From positions 3,410,001 through 3,474,000 of the forward strand of contig CDROCS010000506.1 in the NCBI GenBank assembly GCA_977020255.1: DNA of 64,000 nt. The letters run 5' to 3'. The position numbers and the translations under genes were made by a program. This document shows positions 40,039 to 48,262 of the stretch, in pieces. This stretch comes from Obrimoposthia wandeli (lineage: Eukaryota). How positions within the stretch are numbered: the stretch's first letter is position 1; each line of letters starts with the position of its first letter. The notes beneath the pieces are model-generated. The model did no database searches. It was given only the letters and a program-made list of their open reading frames with translations, and was not told the origin of the DNA.

Positions 40039-41813
40039 ATATACTTTGGAAATTACGTGGCTATATAAAAATGTTTGCTCGGCAGTACATTATCGCCATT
40101 TTGGTACTGCAAATCGTCGCCTTGTTAAACCTGTTACCGTCTTGGTTGATAGGTCGGATTGTTGACAGTATTAGTGCTGGGGAATTAACTACGCGTTTAT
40201 TACTTATTCACCTCGCTGGCATTTTACTTTCTGCCCTTGCTATGTATGGCTTGCGGTATGTTTGGCAAAGCAGACTGTATGGTGCATCGGTTGCGATTAC
40301 CAAGGTGATGCGCAGTGAACTGTTTCATAAATTCACCGTACTTTCGCCATCATTCTACTCTCGCCGTAGCCCTGGTGATTTAATGGCGCATGCGACCAAT
40401 GATCTTAATGCGGTAGAAGAAGCAACCGGTATGGGCATCATGACGTTTGTGGACTCTTTGATTGCGGGTTTTACCGTAATTTTGGGCATGATTTTGGTTG
40501 TTAGTGGCGAGCTTACCGCGGTTGCTCTTTTGCCGTTTCCTCTGTTGGTCTACATTACGCATCGATATGGTACCAACCTGCATAAAGCCTTTGGCCGTGC
40601 ACAAACGACCTTTTCAAATTTGAATGAAGAAACTCGAGAAACTGTTTCTGGTATTCGTGCCGTTCACTCGCATGGTATCAATCAACGTCAGGAACAGCGT
40701 TTTGGTAAAGTATTGGACGATACGTTGGATGCAAACTTGTCGGTGGCTAAAGTAGACGCTGCGTTTATTCCAACGATTCAACTGTTTTACGGTTTGTCAT
40801 TTGTTATTTCACTTGGTTATGGTGCTTTGCTGATTAGCCAAGGCAACATTACCGTGGGACTGTTTACAACGTTTACGCTTTATCTTGGTCAGTTGTTGGG
40901 GCCATTTATGCAATTCGGTTGGCAGTTCAATGTATTTCAACGAGGCAGCATCTCATGGCAACGGTTGGAAAGCCTTTTCTCGGAACAACCAGAAGTGTTG
41001 GAAGGGAAAGACACTTTACCTAAGGATGCAAACGCGAATATAGCGATCAATATTAAATCGTTTACGTATCAAGGCGCAAATCGACGTGCGCTACAAGACA
41101 TCAAACTGGATATTCCTGCAGGAGGGTTAATCGGTATCACAGGCCCTACTGGCGGCGGTAAAAGTACCTTGTTGCAACTGGTATTAAGGCAATTCCAATT
41201 GGACTCGCAATCAAGTATTCGTATTGATGGGCATTCGATTGACAGCCTGACCTTTGATTCGATGCGTAGCAAAATGGCATGGGTACCGCAAAAGCCATTT
41301 TTGTTTTCTGGCACTATCGCGGAAAACATCGCATTAGGTAAACCGAATGCTTCAGCGGATGAGATTGCTCATGTTGCTGAAATGGCGGGCATCACAGATG
41401 AAATTGAAGCCATGCCTGAGGGATTCAATACTGTACTGAGAGAGGGCGGAACCAATCTTTCTGGCGGTCAGAGACAGCGACTTACTCTCGCCAGAGCTTT
41501 ACTGTCTGACGCTGACATTCTGCTGCTCGATGATCCGTTCAGTGCACTAGACATGAAAACGGAAGTGATTGTGCGCCGGAACCTGAAAAAGCATTATGGA
41601 CATAAAACGATGGTATTGATTACGCAGCGATTACCAAACTTGATCGAAGCAGACCAAATTCTGGTGTTGAACGAAGGCCAGATTGAAGAACGAGGATCAC
41701 ACCATGATTTAGTCGCAAAGCAAGGCTGGTACTCGTTGGTTTATCAACGTCAAAGTCAGCTGGGTAAAGCAATCAAAGAGAAAGCAACACTTACAGGAGA
41801 ACACTATGCGTGA
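40035..41813 (+). CDS. Type IV ABC exporter half-transporter A (MdlA/SmdA-like)
   Basis: TM domain, GDLMAHATND, Walker A GPTGGGKS, LSGGQRQR and degenerate Walker B LLDD; start overlaps the gshA stop. Confidence 0.9.
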   Translation: MNILWKLRGYIKMFARQYIIAILVLQIVALLNLLPSWLIGRIVDSISAGELTTRLLLIHLAGILLSALAMYGLRYVWQSRLYGASVAITKVMRSELFHKFTVLSPSFYSRRSPGDLMAHATNDLNAVEEATGMGIMTFVDSLIAGFTVILGMILVVSGELTAVALLPFPLLVYITHRYGTNLHKAFGRAQTTFSNLNEETRETVSGIRAVHSHGINQRQEQRFGKVLDDTLDANLSVAKVDAAFIPTIQLFYGLSFVISLGYGALLISQGNITVGLFTTFTLYLGQLLGPFMQFGWQFNVFQRGSISWQRLESLFSEQPEVLEGKDTLPKDANANIAINIKSFTYQGANRRALQDIKLDIPAGGLIGITGPTGGGKSTLLQLVLRQFQLDSQSSIRIDGHSIDSLTFDSMRSKMAWVPQKPFLFSGTIAENIALGKPNASADEIAHVAEMAGITDEIEAMPEGFNTVLREGGTNLSGGQRQRLTLARALLSDADILLLDDPFSALDMKTEVIVRRNLKKHYGHKTMVLITQRLPNLIEADQILVLNEGQIEERGSHHDLVAKQGWYSLVYQRQSQLGKAIKEKATLTGEHYA

Positions 41814-43623
41814 TGCAAAAATGAATCAAGCGAGTGACGCTTCTTTGTTTCGTCGCCTTATGGCTTACTCATTACCACATAAAATGCGTTTTGTGGGGGC
41901 ATTTATGATGCTTGCCATTGCGATCAGTGCTGAGATGGCGATCCCTTGGATCGCTAAGATTATTATTGACGAGGTGATTATACCTCAGCAGTTTGAATGG
42001 CCGTACTTAGCGTCGCTGCTTGGGTTGATCATCTTCGCCTATGTGATCTCTGGATTGTTTAACTATTTGCAGACGGTGTCGTTTAGTCATAGCGCTTTGT
42101 TAATGGTCAATGATGTTCGAAAACAGTTGTTTAATCACGTATTGAACTTTCCTATCAGTGTATTTGATAAACTCGCTGCGGGTAATTTGGTGTCTTACAT
42201 TACTAATGACACCGAAGCTTTACGCAACATGTTTGTGTCGACGATCCCAACCATTATGCAGGGCAGTTTACGTATTGGTGCGATTTTTATCGCTATCTCG
42301 TTATTGGACTGGCGTTTGATGTTGTTGAGTCTGGTGTTGATCCCAATACTGTTGCTGACAATGCATGCTTATCGCAAGATCTCGATGAAAGTGTTTGATG
42401 GCATCCGTGTGCAAATTAGTAACATCAACGGCCAGATTAACGAGTCTTTACAAGGCATGGTATTGATTCAGGCGTTTCGCCAAGAAAAAGCGTTCACTGA
42501 AAAATTTGAGCAAGAGAACAAGCGTTGGTTTGATTTCCGCGAGAAGTCGATTGCAATTGACAGCCTGATGTTGAACCCGTTAACGCGTTTGGTATCGACG
42601 CTTACTGCTGCGGCTATCGTTGGATGGTTTGCTGGTGAATCACTTAGTGTTGTCGTTGAAGTCGGTACTTTGTATGCGTTTTTAAATTATATCGAACGCT
42701 TCTTTGACCCGTTCCGCCAGTTGTCTATGGAACTGCGTAAATTGCAGGTAGCAACCGTGGCATCGAAACGCATTTTTGAGTTATTGGACGATGACTCGGC
42801 ACATCAGTCGCCATCAATGAACATTGTGCCGCTATCAACGCAGCATGATATTGAGTTTCGCAACGTCAACTTTAGCTACGAAGAAGGTAAACAGGTACTG
42901 TCTAATGTGAGCTTTACCGCGAAGGGCGGGCAATCTACAGCGATTGTGGGTCATTCTGGTAGTGGTAAAAGTTCAGTGGTTAACTTATTGATGCGCTTTT
43001 ATCAGCATCAGCAAGGTGAGATATTGGTAGCTGGTCAGCCGATAGGATCACTCCCTGAGGCTCAACTTCGCAAGCTGTTTGGTTTGGTTTCACAAGATCC
43101 AATTATATTCAGCGGTTCGGTGTTGGATAATATTGATTTATCACATGCAATACCAAACAAAGATAAAGCCATACTCGCGGCAAAGCAGGTGAAAGCGCAC
43201 AAGTTTATTGAGCGCTTAACTAATGGTTATGAACATCAGCTTAGTCATGGCGGCGCTTCACTTTCGGTTGGTGAAAAACAGCAATTGGCATTGGCGAGAG
43301 CGATCACTCATGATCCGAGTATTTTCTTACTGGATGAAGCCACTGCTAACATAGACAGTGATACCGAAGAGGCGGTTAAAGAGGCGCTCGAGGGCATCCA
43401 AGATGGCAGAACCGTCATCACGGTTGCGCATCGTTTATCGACTATTCAGAATGCAGATCAAATTCTGGTGATGAATAAAGGCAAAATCGTGCAAAGCGGG
43501 ACGCATGACGAGTTGATCGGCCAAGATGGCGATTATCGTGACTTGTATCTTGCACAAAAAACGCAAGAAGAGAACGAACATCAGAACAGTCTGCTTGGTT
43601 TAGCGCAAGCAACCGCAGCCTAG
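41806..43623 (+). CDS. Type IV ABC exporter half-transporter B (MdlB/SmdB-like)
   Basis: Walker A GHSGSGKS, LSVGEKQ, LLDEATANID and AHRLST. Confidence 0.9.
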   Translation: MRDAKMNQASDASLFRRLMAYSLPHKMRFVGAFMMLAIAISAEMAIPWIAKIIIDEVIIPQQFEWPYLASLLGLIIFAYVISGLFNYLQTVSFSHSALLMVNDVRKQLFNHVLNFPISVFDKLAAGNLVSYITNDTEALRNMFVSTIPTIMQGSLRIGAIFIAISLLDWRLMLLSLVLIPILLLTMHAYRKISMKVFDGIRVQISNINGQINESLQGMVLIQAFRQEKAFTEKFEQENKRWFDFREKSIAIDSLMLNPLTRLVSTLTAAAIVGWFAGESLSVVVEVGTLYAFLNYIERFFDPFRQLSMELRKLQVATVASKRIFELLDDDSAHQSPSMNIVPLSTQHDIEFRNVNFSYEEGKQVLSNVSFTAKGGQSTAIVGHSGSGKSSVVNLLMRFYQHQQGEILVAGQPIGSLPEAQLRKLFGLVSQDPIIFSGSVLDNIDLSHAIPNKDKAILAAKQVKAHKFIERLTNGYEHQLSHGGASLSVGEKQQLALARAITHDPSIFLLDEATANIDSDTEEAVKEALEGIQDGRTVITVAHRLSTIQNADQILVMNKGKIVQSGTHDELIGQDGDYRDLYLAQKTQEENEHQNSLLGLAQATAA

Positions 43624-43725
43624 GCCTCATATGTGGGTAATGCGGCAATCGCACCATAACGAAAAAGCCAAAGTGGAAGACCACTTTGGCGATGCTAAAT
43701 TTATTCGATTATTGTTTTTTGAACA

Positions 43726-45195
43726 TCAGTTGATTAATGTTAGAGAGTCGAGAACGCCTTTACCACTGTGAATGCCGCCTTCATTTTCACTGGCTGGCTT
43801 GCTGCGAATAAGGTAACCGGCATAACCATCGAGTTCTGTAACTGGAACGCCATCGTAATAAGCGGTAAACAAACCGATTTCGCTAACAAGGTCATCGACC
43901 TGTACTTGTGCGTTATCGCGGACCGTTATCGCTGGTACCTCGCGTTCATGCGGGTACAAACGTGACATTAACGCCCATGCGTCATATTCTTCTGGGTTGA
44001 GTTCATTCAATTTATCGCTGATGTCCTCACCAAAAACGCAGTGACCACCACCTTCACCTTGATTCTTTAATACCCACTCTTGTTTATCAGCTTGGGTGTT
44101 AAACCAGGTTATCGTTTCTGGGTTTATAGGCTTCATATCTGCTAACACACTTTTTACCAATTCAGCTTCTACTAGGTTAAGTCCCCAGCGAGCATACTCT
44201 TCGGCAGGCATTACTGTCAGTAGCATCTGCATGGTTTTACTTGTTGCAAGCTGCTGGCTGAACGTAGCATTAACTGCAACATGATGCTGCTCGATAAACA
44301 ATCTTGTTTGACTTAATGTCTGGCAACATACCGGTTCATCTCGCGCTGGAGAGTAGTAATCAGAATACTGATAACCTGCTCGTAGGTACACGACATCGAT
44401 AGCTCCAATGTCTGCTAACATTAAGCGCTGGTTGTCACCAGTTGATAGCTGTGTACTAAGCTGCTCAAACGTACGTCGTACTGTGCGTATACCTTTATGC
44501 TGTAACGCGACTTCAAGTAAATGTTGGTCATAAACATTATCTTCATTTTCTTGGACAACCATCAAGAATGTCGGTTTTGGTTGGGTTGCATCGGTTGTAA
44601 ACGCCGCTTGGACTTTTATCGCTGCTTGGGCAATACCATAGGCGAGCTGTTCCAGTCCTTGATTCTCTGCTGGTGTCGATAAGTTATCTTCAGACCATTC
44701 ACGGTAAACGTTTGGCCATTGATTTTTCATATAAGCGTGAAATTCTGTCGCGCGTTGGCCAAAGGGCGCCATACCGGCAGCAATACCGTTGAACTCAATA
44801 ACTTTGGCACCGTGTTGACGGTCATCCATAAAGTCGGTGCGCATTAACAGTAACGGTTTTCGAGCGGGTGTAAGCCGATGTTCACTATTACCATGAGCCT
44901 GTTGGTGCAGAGATAATAAACGACCGAAAAACGGGTCGGCTTTGGCCATATCTTGTAATGACGATTGTAGAAAATCATGATCTTCCGAGACATTGTTTAT
45001 CAGCTTAGTAATAAGTGGCGTCACTTTGCGTAAATGTTGGAACACTTTACGCTCCATCATCATTGGCGCAATACTAAAAGGGCAGTGTCTGGCGGTGTTA
45101 TCTGCTTGACGAAACGCGACACCATGCATAATGGCCCATTCAGTTGCATCTTGAATCACTTGTTGTGGGATCATTAAGGTTGTTTTGGTATTCAT
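43726..45195 (-). CDS. Glutathione synthetase of the eukaryotic (GSS/GSH2) type
   Basis: RTDFM, IEFN, YLRAGY, VLKNQGEGGG, SEIGLF, GYLIRSK and EGGIHSGKGVLDS parallel eukaryotic GSS motifs. Start placed at ATG 45195 after GGAG. Confidence 0.82.
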   Translation of the reverse strand: MNTKTTLMIPQQVIQDATEWAIMHGVAFRQADNTARHCPFSIAPMMMERKVFQHLRKVTPLITKLINNVSEDHDFLQSSLQDMAKADPFFGRLLSLHQQAHGNSEHRLTPARKPLLLMRTDFMDDRQHGAKVIEFNGIAAGMAPFGQRATEFHAYMKNQWPNVYREWSEDNLSTPAENQGLEQLAYGIAQAAIKVQAAFTTDATQPKPTFLMVVQENEDNVYDQHLLEVALQHKGIRTVRRTFEQLSTQLSTGDNQRLMLADIGAIDVVYLRAGYQYSDYYSPARDEPVCCQTLSQTRLFIEQHHVAVNATFSQQLATSKTMQMLLTVMPAEEYARWGLNLVEAELVKSVLADMKPINPETITWFNTQADKQEWVLKNQGEGGGHCVFGEDISDKLNELNPEEYDAWALMSRLYPHEREVPAITVRDNAQVQVDDLVSEIGLFTAYYDGVPVTELDGYAGYLIRSKPASENEGGIHSGKGVLDSLTLIN

Positions 45196-45282
45196 TATTC
45201 TCTCCAATAAACATGCCGTACTGAATACGTCTAATGTTTTATTTACCACTTGTTTATCATGAATTTGTTTTTATTTTAATAA

Positions 45283-45308
45283 GACGAAAAAATGTTAGGA
45301 AAGATGCA
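45283..45308 (-). promoter_or_regulatory. Putative ECF promoter of the glutathione synthetase gene
   Basis: Minus strand TGCATC-N16-CGTC(TT). Confidence 0.7.
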
Positions 45309-45450
45309 AAAAAAGATAATTTAGTTGATTATATCTTCATAAACGCCAACCTATTTCGTAATGGAAATAGACAACAGCATTGAGTTCACTTTATTATCGA
45401 GTTACACCTAAATTGATTAAGCTTTAATACCTTCTAACTTAAAGGATCTC

Positions 45451-46017
45451 ATGAACCCAACCTTCATTAAGCAATTAGAAAAAAATGAATTCACGGCCTT
45501 AGATATTGATATATTAACTCGTGTTGCAAAACCATTATTGCTTCCCGCTCAGCATATATTATTGAACCAAGGCGAAGTTGCCAACTCGTTTTATTTTATT
45601 TTAGAAGGTACCTGCCATGCTTCTTATATTACTCAGCAAGGTAAGCAATTTAGCAAAGAATTCTATTGGGAGCAGGATTGGATAATTGGCTTTGAATCTC
45701 TAGTAAGGGGACTTCCTTCGCCATATTCGGTGGAAACTTTAACAGCAACTGTATTACTTTGTTTACCCATATCCTCTGTTCAGGAGTGGCGAAATCAGTC
45801 ACATCCTTTATATATTAAGTTACTAGAAACACAACTAATGTATAAAGAGAATAAAGAGCGCTTCATGTTACATACGCCCAAAGAGCGATACGAAATCTTC
45901 TGTCGAGACTTCCCCCTGCTACTTACACGGTTAAATGATTACCAGATTGCAGCTTACCTTGGGATCACTCATGTCAGCTTAAGTCGTATTAAAACGAGAA
46001 TAAAAGATAATAATTAA
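45451..46017 (+). CDS. Crp/Fnr family regulator (cNMP-binding domain)
   Basis: LLNQGE, FILEG, ERYE and C-terminal HTH IAAYLGITHVSLSRI. Confidence 0.85.
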   Translation: MNPTFIKQLEKNEFTALDIDILTRVAKPLLLPAQHILLNQGEVANSFYFILEGTCHASYITQQGKQFSKEFYWEQDWIIGFESLVRGLPSPYSVETLTATVLLCLPISSVQEWRNQSHPLYIKLLETQLMYKENKERFMLHTPKERYEIFCRDFPLLLTRLNDYQIAAYLGITHVSLSRIKTRIKDNN

Positions 46018-46087
46018 CATAAGTTAACGATAATCTTCTCCTGAGTTGTTACATTTTATCCAGATATTAAACACTTAGGATAAATAA

Positions 46088-46540
46088 ATGATCACTTGGC
46101 AAACGCTTCCTTTTAATAAGCTCTCCACATTACAATTTCATGAGCTTATTAAGCTAAGAGTAAATGTTTTTGTTGTAGAACAGACTTGCCCTTATCCAGA
46201 GTTAGATGGCAAAGATATCATTGACGATGTATATCATCTTTTAGGATCTGAAAACGACGAGATTATTGCATGTGCAAGATTACTCCCTGCAGGGATATCT
46301 TATGAGAATGTCAGTTTAGGGCGGGTTGCGACAAAAGAAACAGCTCGTGGACATGGTCTTGGCCATCAATTGGTTATAGAAGCACTTAAGCAATGTGAAC
46401 AGCATTGGCCAGGTAAGACTATTGATATTGGAGCACAAGAATACTTACAAACTTTCTACGAACAGCACGGATTTAAACCTATTTCTGAAGTGTATATGGA
46501 AGATGGTATCCCGCACATTGATATGCGTTTAAAGAAATAA
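46088..46540 (+). CDS. elaA: ElaA-like GNAT acetyltransferase
   Basis: LRVNVFVVEQTCPYPELDG, SLGRV, ARGHGLG, AQEYL and EDGIPHIDM. Confidence 0.85.
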   Translation: MITWQTLPFNKLSTLQFHELIKLRVNVFVVEQTCPYPELDGKDIIDDVYHLLGSENDEIIACARLLPAGISYENVSLGRVATKETARGHGLGHQLVIEALKQCEQHWPGKTIDIGAQEYLQTFYEQHGFKPISEVYMEDGIPHIDMRLKK

Positions 46541-46592
46541 TAATCGAGTCACAGGGCGCGATGCGTAATATTATCCTCGGCAACTTGATAAC

Positions 46593-46634
46593 TTTACGCT
46601 CAGATTCAAAAAGTTTACGCTCAGATGCAAAAAG
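46593..46634. repeat. Two tandem 21-bp units TTTACGCTCAGAT(T/G)CAAAAAG
   Basis: 46593-46613 and 46614-46634 differ at one base. Confidence 0.9.
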
Positions 46635-46720
46635 GCGAGCATGATAATGGATCATTTATAATTAAATAAATCCACATCAATGCTCGCCTTTGTTAGCTTA
46701 AATACGCAGTTCTAGACCTG
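46629..46720. repeat. Hairpin repeat copy 2 plus a truncated copy of the guaC terminator
   Basis: 46683-46720 is identical over 38 bp to 51756-51793. Confidence 0.9.
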
Positions 46721-46830
46721 TGTCAAAACAACCATTCCTTGAAATATCCCCTCTATATAGTTCAATAACTTAAAAGAAAACAATCATACGTTGAAATAAC
46801 AAAAAACAAGCATAGGTTGATATATTTGTG
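46721..46830 (+). mobile_element. Tn7-family (Tn6677-like) transposon left end
   Basis: Terminal TGTCAAAA, then three CAA(C/T/G)CAT-NNN-TTGA(A/T)AT sites at 46729, 46781 and 46807. An IHF-like GTTCAATAACTTA (46760-46772) lies between sites 1 and 2. The end begins exactly where identity to the guaC-downstream sequence stops. Confidence 0.8.
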
Positions 46831-46887
46831 TAATCACAGTAACTACTATTTTTAAGCTGTAAGAAAGTTTCTTACCAAAATGTACAA

Positions 46888-47223
46888 CTAATCCATATAA
46901 GTTACAGCTAGCCTGTTGTCTACTAGATGTTTTGCTACCTCGTAGTCTGGATTATATGTGGCAACATTATGCGCAGCCATCCCAATAGCCGAGGCTAGGC
47001 CTAAAACACCTGTTATACCACCAAATAAGCTTCCGCCAGCAGCTGCAACTCTGCCATATGTATAAATACGGCACGAAAGCCCGTTGGTTTCGATTATATT
47101 TTCAATTTTAGATATGGCGCTTCCCATTCTTCCACTGAGTCCAATTATTTCAAATGATTTATGATCTTCTATTAAAGACTTCACTTTATTAGAATCGAGA
47201 TCTTCATATTTTACAGATTCCAT
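46888..47223 (-). CDS. Hypothetical protein with a Gly/Ala hydrophobic segment (island cargo)
   Basis: 111 aa; RVAAAGGSLFGGITGVLGLASAIGMAAHNVATYNPDYEV. Confidence 0.75.
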   Translation of the reverse strand: MESVKYEDLDSNKVKSLIEDHKSFEIIGLSGRMGSAISKIENIIETNGLSCRIYTYGRVAAAGGSLFGGITGVLGLASAIGMAAHNVATYNPDYEVAKHLVDNRLAVTYMD

Positions 47224-47422
47224 TGTTTTTCCTTTTTAAATATTTCGATAATGTCATAAATTTAGTCGTATTTATTTGTATATATATATGTAGCTTTATA
47301 CATGTATAAATACATTAGTTTAAAACTTGTTTAATGTCTACAATATGCAGTCGATTAATGGTAATTAACTGATTTGATTGTTATTATCTTCTATATTATT
47401 TGAATTAACCAGTGGAAATGTA

Positions 47423-48262
47423 ATGTTAAAAAATGACTTGCGTAAATCAGCCTTAGCGAAACTAGAATCAACTGAGAAATCATATAAATCTCAAGCGAAA
47501 TTAATAGAAAAAAACTCTATTAAACTTTTTGAAGTTAGACAACAAAGCAGTGTAGATACACTTGTTGCAATCGAAAATTATATTAATACACTTGCAAACT
47601 CGCCAAAAGAATTTGATAAAGCATTTAATGTATTTAAGGCAGACATAAAAGAGTTCAATAATAAAATTAAAACTCTCAATGAAGAATATGAAAAATCAAA
47701 CATAGGTAAAAGTGGAATCGGTGGTGCGATGGCTGGAGCTGGTGTTGCTATGTTTGCGCCTACTGCGGCAATGGCCGTAGCTACTACATTTGGCGCAGCA
47801 TCTACTGGTACTGCTATATCAGCTTTAGGTGGCGCAGCTGCAACAAATGCTGCGTTAGCATGGCTAGGCGGTGGTGCTCTTGCTGCTGGAGGTGGTGGTA
47901 TGGCTGCTGGTAATACTCTTTTAGCATTAGCTGGTCCTATCGGTTGGGGAATCGGAGCTGTTAGCTTAGCTGGCGCAGGTTTATTTACGCGTAGTAAAAA
48001 TCAAGACATTGCAGATAAAGCCGAAAAAGAAATTAAAAAAATTAGAATTGAAACATCTAAGCTAAAAACGATGAATATTAAAGTGTCGGCTTGTTCTAAA
48101 TTAACAGAGAAGCATTCGTTAGGGTGTTTAGAACTTTGTTGCTTATTGAGAGCTAATGCTCCTAGCGATTACTTGAAGTTTGATGCTGAGCAGAAAGGGA
48201 AACTCGGAGCTCTAATTAACCACATCAACGGATTGTCTTTAATGATCAAAGAACGTATTTAG
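47423..48262 (+). CDS. Coiled-coil protein with a long Gly/Ala hydrophobic hairpin (island cargo)
   Basis: Helical N- and C-termini flank GAASTGTAISALGGAAATNAALAWLGGGALAAGGGGMAAG. ATG 47423 preferred over TTG 47378. Confidence 0.8.
   Translation: MLKNDLRKSALAKLESTEKSYKSQAKLIEKNSIKLFEVRQQSSVDTLVAIENYINTLANSPKEFDKAFNVFKADIKEFNNKIKTLNEEYEKSNIGKSGIGGAMAGAGVAMFAPTAAMAVATTFGAASTGTAISALGGAAATNAALAWLGGGALAAGGGGMAAGNTLLALAGPIGWGIGAVSLAGAGLFTRSKNQDIADKAEKEIKKIRIETSKLKTMNIKVSACSKLTEKHSLGCLELCCLLRANAPSDYLKFDAEQKGKLGALINHINGLSLMIKERI

Noticed and set aside
46629-46700. Hairpin repeats as attC sites (minus strand starts AGCTAACAAAG, like the true attC)
   Set aside because: None of the three copies ends in a complementary GTT R' box, and the spacer arms pair perfectly, unlike attC. 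They fit a terminator/REP-like element better.
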